A DNA stretch of 59,313 nucleotides, filler included, from Nitrospirota bacterium (GTDB lineage Bacteria; JACPQY01): assembly GCA_016180645.1 (NCBI GenBank). It is 5 parts of 5 records of this genome, joined end to end, with 100 filler letters (N's around TTAATTAATTAA, not from the genome) between each part and the next. Parts side by side here need not be neighbours in the genome. Positions count along the whole stretch, not along the records: positions 6,135 to 11,892 come from JACPAV010000062.1; positions 11,993 to 35,532 come from JACPAV010000048.1; 3 more parts are not named here. One strand, written 5' to 3'. Positions 8,557-19,306 of this stretch are shown piece after piece (within the stretch, counting starts at the first letter, position 1; each line of letters begins with the position of its first letter). Made by a program: the position numbers and the translations under genes. Below the pieces are notes generated by a model. The model was not told where the DNA came from. It was given only the letters and a program-made list of their open reading frames with translations, and searched no databases.

Positions 8557-11500
8557 CTCGAGACGACAAGTTCTCATTTATGCCCGTAGGTAAATACAGC
8601 GGCACGCTCGGATATCCCGGGTTCAAAGCGCTCCTCGCCACCCAGTTCTTAAGCGCCTTCAACGATAACGTCTACAGGATGGTGCTCTCATTGATCGCCT
8701 CCGGCGCCACCGGCGGCGGGGCCAGCGCCCTTGCCCTGGTCGGCGCCGTCTTTATTCTCCCTTCTTTGCTGTTCTCGGGCTATGCGGGACATGCGGCCGA
8801 CGTCTGCAGCAAGCGAACCGTTATCGTCGTCACCAAGGCGGTCGAGGTGGCCGGCATGGGGTTGGCGCTCCTGGCCCTTTTCTCTCAAAGGCTCGAGCTT
8901 ATGCTCCCGGTTCTGTTCCTATTGGCTCTCAATTCTGCCTTTTTCAGCCCGGCTAAATACGGCATCGTGCCGGAGATGCTCGCCGATAAGGATCTTTCCC
9001 GGGCCAACGGGCTTCTGGAGATGAGCACCTTCCTGGCCATCATTCTAGGGACTTCGTTGGGCGGCCTCATATTCGCCAGTTGGAGGGACCGGCCGGAGCT
9101 CATCGGCGTTCTACTCCTTGCGATCTCGCTGGCGGGGGCTCTTGCGAGCCTGAGGATCACCAAGGTCGCTGGTTCCGGGGTCATAAAACCGTTTCGACTT
9201 AATCCCTGGGCTGAGATCGGGCAGGGGATCGGACGGTTGTACGGGGACAGGAGCCTGTGGCTGACGGTCATAGGCATCTCCTATTTTTGGTTTCTGGGCG
9301 CCCTGCTCCAGATGGATATTATCCTCTTTGGCAAAGAGGTGATGGGGCTGGATGACTTGCGAATCGGCTTTCTCCTCACCTTTCTTGCCGCGGGGATCGG
9401 GCTCGGCAGCCTTTTAGCCGGACGTTTATCTGGCGACAAGGTGGAGTTGGGGCTGGTGCCTCTAGGTTCCATCGGCATGGGGATATTCTCCCTTCTCTTG
9501 TCGAACTCCGCCGAATCCTACGGGCAGGCAGCCGCGGCGCTCGCCATGCTCGGGTTGGCGGGCGGCCTGTTCGTCGTCCCGTTAAACGCCTTCCTTCAAC
9601 AGAGGAGCGGGCGCGAGGAGAAAGGCCGGCTAATCGCAACCAACAATTTTCTCAATACGGGCGGGATTCTTCTCGCCTCCGGGCTGCTCTGGGCATTCCG
9701 CGACTGGCTGGAGGTGCCGGCGGACCGGGTCATATTCATCTGCGGTCTCTTCACGCTCACAGCAACGGCCTATGTACTCAGCCTTCTGCCCGACTTTCTC
9801 ATTCGATTCACGCTCTGGATGTTTACCCACACGATCTACAGAATCCGGCTCGTGGGCCAGGAGCATGTCCCTTTCCGCGGGGCTGCGCTGCTTGTGTGCA
9901 ATCACGTCTCCCATGTCGACGGCTTGCTCGTGGGAGCCTGTGTCCAGAGATTCATCCGGTTCATGGTCTACCGGCCTTACTACGAGCTGAAACCGCTCCA
10001 TTGGCTTTTTCGCCTGATGAAAGCAATCCCGGTTTCGGGCAGGAGCCGAAAAGACATTATCGAGTCGTTGGAGCGCGCCCGCGAGGAGCTCCGCCAGGGT
10101 CACGTCGTCTGCATCTTTGCCGAGGGGGCGATCAGCCGGACCGGCAACCTGCTCCCGTTCAAACGGGGGTTCGAGAGAATCGTAGAAGGCATGGACGTGC
10201 CTGTGATCCCGGTGCATCTCGACCGGCTTTGGGGCAGCATCTTCAGCTTCAAAGACGGGCGCTTCTTCTGGAAGTGGCCCGAGCGTCTCCCCTATCCGGT
10301 CACGGTTACCTTCGGCGCCCCTTTGCCATCCAAGGCGACGGCGGAGGAAGTCCGACAGGCGGTTATCGAGCTGGGGTGCGAGGCGGTGAAGATCCGCCGG
10401 ACGCCGCGGGACTTGCTTTCCGCGCGGTTTTTGAGGAGCGCCAAGCGGCGTTGGTTTTTGTTCTGCATGGCCGACTCCACCGGCAGGGAACTGACTTACG
10501 GCAAGGCGCTCACCATCAGCCTGCTCCTCGCGCAGTGGTTGCGAAAAAACGGCGGCGGTGAACGCATGGTGGGGCTCCTTCTACCCGCCTCGATCGCGGG
10601 GGCCCTGGCCAATATCGCTTTGCTCCTCGCCGGCAAGATCCCGGTCAACCTCAACTTTACGGCAGGGAGCGAAGCCATATCCTCGGCGATTAATCAGTGC
10701 AGGATCGAAACCATCCTGGCCTCGCGGACGTTTCTGGCCCGCGCCAAAATCGAAGAAAGGGAAGGGATGGTTTTCCTTGAAGACGTGATGAAACAAATGA
10801 CGCCGTCGGCAAAAGTATCGACCGCCCTCCTGGCGTTCTTCCTTCCGTGCAGGGTGCTTGAAGCCATCTACTACCGCGGGGAGTGGAACCCCGACAGCCT
10901 TGCCACGGTCATCTTCTCCAGCGGGAGCACCGGCGTACCTAAAGGGGTCATGCTCTCCCATCACAACATCCTCTCCAATATCGAAGGGATCGCCCAGCTC
11001 TTTTGGGTGACGTCAAGAGACCGGGTGATGGGGGTGCTGCCGTTTTTCCACTCTTTCGGCTTCACCGGCACGCTATGGTTTCCGCTCCTATCCGGTTTCG
11101 GCGTCGTCTATCATGCCAACCCCATGGACGCCAAGACCATCGGCGAAACGGTATCGACGCGCAAAGCCACCATCTTGATCAGCACGCCTACCTTCTACGG
11201 GGCGTATCTAAAGAGGTGCCCCGCGGAACAGTTCTCCAGCCTCCGTTATGCTATCGCAGGAGCTGAGAAGGTCCCCGACTCGCTGGCAAGGGCGTTTAAA
11301 GAAAAGTATGGGTTGGATCTCCTGGAAGGCTACGGATGCACGGAGATGGCTCCTGTGATCTCGGTCAACATACCGGACGTAACCCACGGTCGGGAGCGGC
11401 AGACCGGCTTCAAGCCTCACACGGCGGGCCATCCCCTGCCCGGCGTGGCCGTGAAGGCCGTGGACCCCACCACCTGGGAAACGATCCCGCCGGGACAGGA

Positions 11501-11892
11501 AGGGCTCCTCCTGGTCAAGGGTCCCAATCGTATGGTCGGCTACTACGGCCAGCCCGAAAAGACCCAAGAGGTCGTTCGCGACGGGTGGTACGTCACAGGA
11601 GATATCGCCTCAATTGACGAAGATGGATTTATCCGTGTCACGGACCGCCTTTCCAGGTTCAGCAAGATCGGAGGCGAGATGGTTCCCCATATCAAGGTGG
11701 AAGAGGCGATGAATCAGATCGTGGGAGATCAGGCCTGCGTGATCACCGCGGTCCCTGATGAACAGAAGGGCGAACGCCTCGTGGCTTTTTATATTCGGAA
11801 CGATATCACGCCGGGGGAGCTTTGGGAAAAGTTAAACCGCACGGACCTTCCCAAGCTTTGGATCCCTAAGCGAGAGAACATCTTCTCCGTCG
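8553..11892 (+). CDS. aas: LplT-type MFS / PlsC acyltransferase / acyl-ACP synthetase fusion, 3' truncated at the contig edge
   Basis: MFS TM helices (TQFLSAFNDN), NHVSHVD and FAEG PlsC motifs, FSSGSTGVPKG AMP-binding motif, EGYGCTE. Confidence 0.92.
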
Positions 11893-11992
11893 NNNNNNNN
11901 NNNNNNNNNNNNNNNNNNNNNNNNNNNNNNNNNNNNTTAATTAATTAANNNNNNNNNNNNNNNNNNNNNNNNNNNNNNNNNNNNNNNNNNNN
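11893..11992. other. Artificial contig spacer
   Basis: N-run with TTAATTAATTAA. Confidence 0.97.
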
Positions 11993-12240
11993 CGCAAGAC
12001 TCGAAAGACATTTCTCTCTCCGGCGTTCACGTGCAACATTCGACGTTCCATCAGCCCCCGCCATGCCATGCGATTAACACACACACACACAGGGAATGTC
12101 AAGCATCCCACAGGAATGTAATCAAGTGGACATGTGATCATGTGGTCAATTGAAGGAAACCAACGCCCCGATCATGGACCGCGAATCAAGGTCGCAAGAA
12201 ACTGCACCTTCCTGGAGCAAGCACACTTTCGTGAGTTGCA

Positions 12241-12343
12241 AGTGCGTCTAACAGAATGCGTAGGGGAGGGTCTTCAGACCCTCCCGACAAGAGGGAGCAT
12301 CTGAAGATGCTCCCCTACGAATCGGCATTCTGTTAGACGCACT
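12241..12343. mobile_element. MITE/REPIN element with 19-bp perfect terminal inverted repeats enclosing a GTAG REP doublet
   Basis: AGTGCGTCTAACAGAATGC...GCATTCTGTTAGACGCACT; near-identical to 1059-1152. Confidence 0.8.
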
Positions 12344-12435
12344 AGGTCGTGAGTCGAAACCCCAAGCAGGAATGTGATCATCTCATCAAGTGCCCAAGGG
12401 AAGAACCGAGCACGCAGACGACCGCGACGGAGAAG

Positions 12436-12479
12436 TAAAATAGAAACGCCCTCCCGCCGGAAAGGCGGGAAGGCGTCTT
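12436..12479 (-). terminator. Rho-independent terminator of groESL
   Basis: Minus-strand hairpin ACGCCTTCCCGCC-TTTCC-GGCGGGAGGGCGT followed by TTCTATTTT. Confidence 0.75.
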
Positions 12480-12504
12480 GGTGGTTTCGAATCTCGGGAA
12501 GGCT

Positions 12505-14465
<1,961 letters not shown>

Positions 14466-14752
14466 TATCGAAACCTCCTTTCAACAGGTTCTTCCAATGC
14501 AATTCTCAATTTCTTACCGCGGACGGAAGCAAGTCCTTTGCCAGAGTGCGCGAGAAAAATCAAGTCAGGAAGCGCTTTTACCAGAAAGTCCGGGTGAAAG
14601 TCAATCCCCCCCGCCTCTGCTCGCGTCAAGTTGACGCAAAGTGTCAAATCATGCGTCTTTTTGACGTGATCGCCATCCGGGAGCAGTGCCCTCAGGATGT
14701 GACGAACCGATTCATTTGTGTTACAAAAAGATTCTCAAGAGAAGGAGGCGAA

Positions 14753-15199
14753 ATGACCGAAGTAACCTATAAGAAGCGTGTGCACCCCGTGGGTGGATCC
14801 ATCCGTCCCCTGATCCTCGGCCTTCTGTGCCTGACCCTCGTCGGAGGCATGGGTTGCATGGGTTTCCAAAATCGCGCAGGCAGTGATTTCATACTGGAGA
14901 AAGGTTTTAAGACGGAAAAATGGGCGCCCCTCGTGCAGGTCGACGACAGCGAGTGGCTGTTGTTCGGCTTCCGCGTGTCCGGCAGCCGCACGTTGAATGA
15001 TCTCCTTCAGCACGTGGCCGAATCGAACGGCTGCACCGCGCTGACCAACATCGAGGTGCGTAGTGAGGTTCGTTTCTGGCTCCTCCTCTTCCAGAAGAAG
15101 ACCTTCGTGTACGCCCGGTGCGTGGGCGGCAAGAAGGTGGTTCGCCCCAAACCGAAACCGAAGGAAGATCCCGCGGAGGAAGAATCCTACGAGGAGTAG
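14753..15199 (+). CDS. Hypothetical lipoprotein (possibly TRL/Bor-like small alpha/beta fold)
   Basis: GAAGGAGG RBS, hydrophobic segment ending in GMGC, acidic C-terminal tail. Confidence 0.6.
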   Translation: MTEVTYKKRVHPVGGSIRPLILGLLCLTLVGGMGCMGFQNRAGSDFILEKGFKTEKWAPLVQVDDSEWLLFGFRVSGSRTLNDLLQHVAESNGCTALTNIEVRSEVRFWLLLFQKKTFVYARCVGGKKVVRPKPKPKEDPAEEESYEE

Positions 15200-15220
15200 C
15201 AGACGGTTCCCGAGGGTGCG

Positions 15221-15332
15221 CTCATGGTTCGACAAGCCCTTCGACTGGCTCAGGACCCCATAAGGTCCCGAGTCTATCGAGGGGCTCACCACGAGCGGCA
15301 ACTGACCGCTCACCCTGAGCCCGTCGAAGGGT
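15221..15332. repeat. Nested palindromic repeat (TTCGAC...CTCA / TGAG...GTCGAA family)
   Basis: tggttcgacaag[cccttcgactggctcagg...]ctcaccacgagcgg..ccgctcaccctgagcccgtcgaaggg. Confidence 0.7.
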
Positions 15333-16015
15333 GGAGCGGCATTCGCCGTCCGGCGGCTCATTCCAGCCACTGCGAGATCCTGGATCTCGAAGAGGTGGAT
15401 TATGGCCAAGCCCTTTCCCTCCAGGAAAAATGCCGCGACGCCGTCGAGCGCGGTCACCCCGGCTTCTGGCTTTTCCTCCAACATCCACCGGTGGTCACCA
15501 CGGGCCGCAGACCGGAGTCCCTTTCGGATCTCCCCGGTGGTTCCGAATCGCTGCGACCGCTCGGCGTCGGCTTCGCTCAAACGGATCGGGGTGGAAGACT
15601 TACTTACCACCACCCAGGACAGATCATCGGCTATCCCATTCTGGATCTCCGGCGAGAGCGTTGGAAACTCCGAACCTACATCGATCGGCTGGCGGCGCTT
15701 ATTTCAGGAACTCTGGCGACCTTCGGCCTTGAGGCCCGTTTCCATCCCGATCATCCCGGCTTGTGGGTCGAATCGGGGCACGGCACTCTGAAAATCGCGT
15801 CCATCGGCGTTCATGTCCGCCGCTCCATCACCACCCACGGGTTCGCGCTCAACGTGCATCGACCCACGATCACGGTCTCCGGCCTGAAGATGTGCGGAAT
15901 GGAAGCCGATCGATTCACGTCCATGGAGGACCTCTTGCGCCACCCCCCCGAACTCCAAGCGGTCAAACAAACCCTGATGCGCCGGGCCGAACGCATGGAC
16001 GAGACTCATGGCTAG
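15224..16015 (+). CDS. lipB: Octanoyltransferase LipB (N-terminus repeat-derived)
   Basis: LQHPPVVTTGR, TDRGGRLTYHHPGQIIGYP, KIASIG, THGFALNV, MCG. Confidence 0.9.
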   Translation: MVRQALRLAQDPIRSRVYRGAHHERQLTAHPEPVEGWSGIRRPAAHSSHCEILDLEEVDYGQALSLQEKCRDAVERGHPGFWLFLQHPPVVTTGRRPESLSDLPGGSESLRPLGVGFAQTDRGGRLTYHHPGQIIGYPILDLRRERWKLRTYIDRLAALISGTLATFGLEARFHPDHPGLWVESGHGTLKIASIGVHVRRSITTHGFALNVHRPTITVSGLKMCGMEADRFTSMEDLLRHPPELQAVKQTLMRRAERMDETHG

Positions 16016-17633
16016 GAAAGCGGCGCGGACCCGCACACCCGATCGACTGAAACGCTACTCCACGATCTCGGATTTGGAGGTCCCGCCCCTTTACACCCAG
16101 GCGGATCTCAAAAAGACGCATCCGGGAAAGGATATCGCACGGCCCGGCCAATTTCCCTATACGCGCGGGATCCATCCGACGATGTACCGCGGCCGCCTGT
16201 GGACCATGCGACAGTTCGCAGGATTCGGTTCTCCGGAGGAGACCAACGGGCGATTCAAGTTCCTTTTGCACAACGGACAGATGGGGCTCAGCACGGCGTT
16301 CGACATGCCCGCCCTCATGGGTTTCGATTGCGACCATCCCCGCGCCCTCGGCGAGGTCGGCCGCGAGGGCGTGGCCGTCTCATCCCTGCGCGACATGGAA
16401 ATTCTCTTCGACGGCATTCCGATCAAGGACGTGACCACCTCCATGACGATCAACTGCACGGCGCCCATCGCGATGGCCATGTACCTGGCGGTCGCGGAGA
16501 AACAGGGCGTGCCGTTCGACCGCGTCGGCGGCACGATCCAAAACGACATGCTCAAGGAGTTCATCGCCCAGAAGGAATGGATGGTCCCGCCCGGGCCTTC
16601 GCTGAAGCTCTGCGTGGACATCATCGAATTCTGCGCGCGACACGTGCCCCGATGGAACCCGGTCTCCATCTCCGGGTACCACATCCGAGAGGCCGGCTCG
16701 ACGGCCATGCAGGAACTCGCGTTCACTCTTTACGACGGAATCACCTACGTCGAGGAAATGCTCAGACGAAAGGTTGCGGTGGACCGATTTGCGCCGCGCC
16801 TTTCCTTCTTCTTCAATCTTCACAGCGATTTCTTCGAGGAGATCGGAAAGCTCCGGGCCGCGCGACGCCTCTGGGCACGCACGATGCGCGACCGGTTCCA
16901 CGCGAAAGACCCGCGTTCCCTGGCGCTTCGCATGCACGCCCAAACGGCGGGCTGTTCGCTCACCGCCCAACAACCCCTGAACAACGTCGCCCGCGTCGCG
17001 CTTCAGGCCATGGCCGGGGTGCTCGGCGGCGTCCAGTCCCTCCACGCCAACTCCATGGACGAAACGCTCGCCCTCCCGACCGAAGAATCCGCCCTCGTTT
17101 CGCTCCGCACGCAACAGATCATCGCCGAAGAGACCGGTGTGACGAATTTCGTGGATCCCCTCGGGGGCAGCTACGCCGTCGAGTCGATGACCGGCGCCCT
17201 CGAACACGGGGCCGTCGACTACTTCCACCGCCTGGACCGCATGGGTGGAATGCTCAGGGCCATCGAACAGGGCTATCCGCAGAGGGAAATCGCCGAGGCC
17301 TCCTATCGGTATCAGCGACAACTCGAAGCCGGGGAAAAGGCGATGGTCGGCGCCAACAAGTACCAGATGGAGGAGCGCCTCAAGATTCCCGTCCTCAAAA
17401 TCGACCCCGAGGTGGAGGAACGCCAGCGCACTCGCCTGGCGGCGGTCCGCCGCGAACGCGATTCTCGGACGGCCCTGCAAAAGCTCACGGACCTCAAAGG
17501 AGCGGCAAAGAGAAACGGCGCCAACCTCATGCCCCACATTCTCGAAGCCGTGAAGGCCTATGCCACACTGGGTGAAATCTCCGACGTTCTCCGCGAAGCC
17601 TACGGCACGTATTCCGATCCCGGCCGCTTCTGA
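16008..17633 (+). CDS. icmA: B12-dependent acyl-CoA mutase large subunit, isobutyryl-CoA mutase type
   Basis: Mutase TIM-barrel motifs; WTMRQFAGF (Phe) and KEFIAQKEW (Gln) specificity residues; no B12-binding domain. Confidence 0.8.
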   Translation: MARKAARTRTPDRLKRYSTISDLEVPPLYTQADLKKTHPGKDIARPGQFPYTRGIHPTMYRGRLWTMRQFAGFGSPEETNGRFKFLLHNGQMGLSTAFDMPALMGFDCDHPRALGEVGREGVAVSSLRDMEILFDGIPIKDVTTSMTINCTAPIAMAMYLAVAEKQGVPFDRVGGTIQNDMLKEFIAQKEWMVPPGPSLKLCVDIIEFCARHVPRWNPVSISGYHIREAGSTAMQELAFTLYDGITYVEEMLRRKVAVDRFAPRLSFFFNLHSDFFEEIGKLRAARRLWARTMRDRFHAKDPRSLALRMHAQTAGCSLTAQQPLNNVARVALQAMAGVLGGVQSLHANSMDETLALPTEESALVSLRTQQIIAEETGVTNFVDPLGGSYAVESMTGALEHGAVDYFHRLDRMGGMLRAIEQGYPQREIAEASYRYQRQLEAGEKAMVGANKYQMEERLKIPVLKIDPEVEERQRTRLAAVRRERDSRTALQKLTDLKGAAKRNGANLMPHILEAVKAYATLGEISDVLREAYGTYSDPGRF

Positions 17634-17636
17634 CGG

Positions 17637-17697
17637 GGATAAACGGTGACAGTATACTCTATTACCTCTTATTAGAGTATACTGTCACCGTTTATCC
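17637..17697. repeat. 25-bp perfect inverted repeat between convergent genes; possible bidirectional terminator or mobile palindrome
   Basis: GGATAAACGGTGACAGTATACTCTA / TAGAGTATACTGTCACCGTTTATCC; a half copy lies at 43147-43173. Confidence 0.85.
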
Positions 17698-17708
17698 AGA
17701 ACCGACGG

Positions 17709-19265
17709 CTACAGCAGGCGCGCCCAGAGCGGCCGCCAGGTCTCGAAGTTCTTCTGGAGACGGAGGAGGACCGAATGGCTTTCCGAAACTTTTTCCCCGG
17801 TCGACCTCTTCACGCCCTCGGCCCAGAGATCGAAGCTGACGAAGGCCGCCGCGCCTTCTACATTCACGTTCGCGCCCGAGAACGTCACACTGAAGCTTTC
17901 CAACCTGTTCCGCGCCTGCGGCAGCAGCGCTCGCAGATCATCCGAAGAGAGGCTGTTCTGATCGGGCGCCCAGTCCGACCGGACGCCCTGGAGCCGGAAA
18001 TCCGATCCCGCGGAGGCCAAACATCGGCCCGGCGTGAGGGATGAGATTTCCACGCGGCAGGTGTCGAGCCACCGGAGGATCGCGGCCCTCTCCGCCTGGG
18101 GGTCTGCCTTCGACGCGCCCGACTCGTCCTGCGTCAGCTTCTGCTCCGGTCTATCGGGCCCTTTCTCCGGCTCGCCTCCCGGCGTTTCCTTCCCGGGCGC
18201 AACCGCCGGCTCCCCCGTCTTGACCGTCTCCACCTCGGCTGGGGACACTCCCTTCGTCCCAGACGTTCCGCCTGCCGCTTGCCGGTTCCCGCGCGATGGC
18301 TCCTGCGGCGCGCCTCTCGCGCCCTCCCGCGGAGCCCCGCCCGCCGGGACCTCCCCCGGTCTCTTGCGAGGCTCTCTCCCCTCACGCTTCGATGCCTGTT
18401 CCATGCGCGTTCCCTCTCGGCGAGACAAGCGTGACTCCCGCGAAGCCCGCATCCGTTCTCTAGCCGAGGGGCGATCCCCCCGGCCGAACAGTCTTCCTCC
18501 CTCCTGACGGACATCGGGACCCCGCCGCGCCTCCCTCCATCGGTCGGCCGCACCGGGCGGCCTATCGGGGGTGGCCGGCTTGAAGTACTCGATGCGTTCC
18601 AAGATGCCCAGCTTCTCCATCCCGGTTTCAGGGATGCTGCGAGGCTCAGGCGGACGGTCCTTTGCCACATCCACTTCCTGCATCGGGCCGAGAACAATCG
18701 GCCGGTCCGGAGCCGATCGAGACGCAACGCGAACGGAGCCCTCGAGCACGGATACCCTGGTCGAACCCCGCATGGCCTCCACCAGGAAGGAGGTCCCACG
18801 AACTCCCGCCACGGCCGTCCGAGTGGCGACCAAGAGATCGAAACCGTCGAGGAAGCGGGCCACCACCGCCAATTTGCCCTCGGCCAGATCCATGACATAC
18901 CGGCTCAGGCCCTCTTCCCGCCGCCCCGTGATCTCCAAGGTGGTGTTTTCTCCGATGCGAACATAGTTCCGTTGGCCGAGAAGGAGGTCAACATAGGCCC
19001 CCGGGCCCGTTTCGATGACTTCACCGTTGTACACCGGGGTTGAGAGAGAGACGTTCCGCCACTGAACCGCCTCCCGGGCCCGCACGCGAACCGGCCCGGA
19101 AACCATGAGCACGGAGTACAAGTCGGATACGTCTCGAGCCTTCAGGAAGGCCTTCTCCGAGGAACCCAGGAAACCCGTCGATCGATTCCAAACGGAAACG
19201 ACGACGATGCCGACCACCAGGCCGATCCCCAGGAGACCGAGGAGGCCGGGCACCCCTTTGCGCAT
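17709..19265 (-). CDS. Membrane-anchored FecR-domain protein with disordered linker and C-terminal NTF2/SnoaL-like domain
   Basis: N-terminal TM helix; GEVIETG...VRIGENT...T.TAVAGVRGTSF..VSVLEGSV FecR motifs; C-terminal helix plus curved-sheet pattern. Confidence 0.75.
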   Translation of the reverse strand: MRKGVPGLLGLLGIGLVVGIVVVSVWNRSTGFLGSSEKAFLKARDVSDLYSVLMVSGPVRVRAREAVQWRNVSLSTPVYNGEVIETGPGAYVDLLLGQRNYVRIGENTTLEITGRREEGLSRYVMDLAEGKLAVVARFLDGFDLLVATRTAVAGVRGTSFLVEAMRGSTRVSVLEGSVRVASRSAPDRPIVLGPMQEVDVAKDRPPEPRSIPETGMEKLGILERIEYFKPATPDRPPGAADRWREARRGPDVRQEGGRLFGRGDRPSARERMRASRESRLSRREGTRMEQASKREGREPRKRPGEVPAGGAPREGARGAPQEPSRGNRQAAGGTSGTKGVSPAEVETVKTGEPAVAPGKETPGGEPEKGPDRPEQKLTQDESGASKADPQAERAAILRWLDTCRVEISSLTPGRCLASAGSDFRLQGVRSDWAPDQNSLSSDDLRALLPQARNRLESFSVTFSGANVNVEGAAAFVSFDLWAEGVKRSTGEKVSESHSVLLRLQKNFETWRPLWARLL

Positions 19266-19306
19266 GCGTCGCTACCAGCCGGCGGCGGGGTCTGGATTCA
19301 TGACGC

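Noticed and set aside
6135-11892. Contig 2 as bin contamination
   Set aside because: It lacks the REP repeats, but it is almost entirely coding, so this is uninformative without tetranucleotide or coverage analysis.
14525-14556. CIRCE element upstream of groES
   Set aside because: Minus-strand GCACTC-tggcaaag-GACTTGC only partly matches TTAGCACTC-N9-GAGTGCTAA; the spacing and ends are wrong.
14631-14647. FNR box (TTGAC-N7-GTCAA)
   Set aside because: The spacing does not fit TTGAT-N4-ATCAA; it may be another operator but cannot be assigned.
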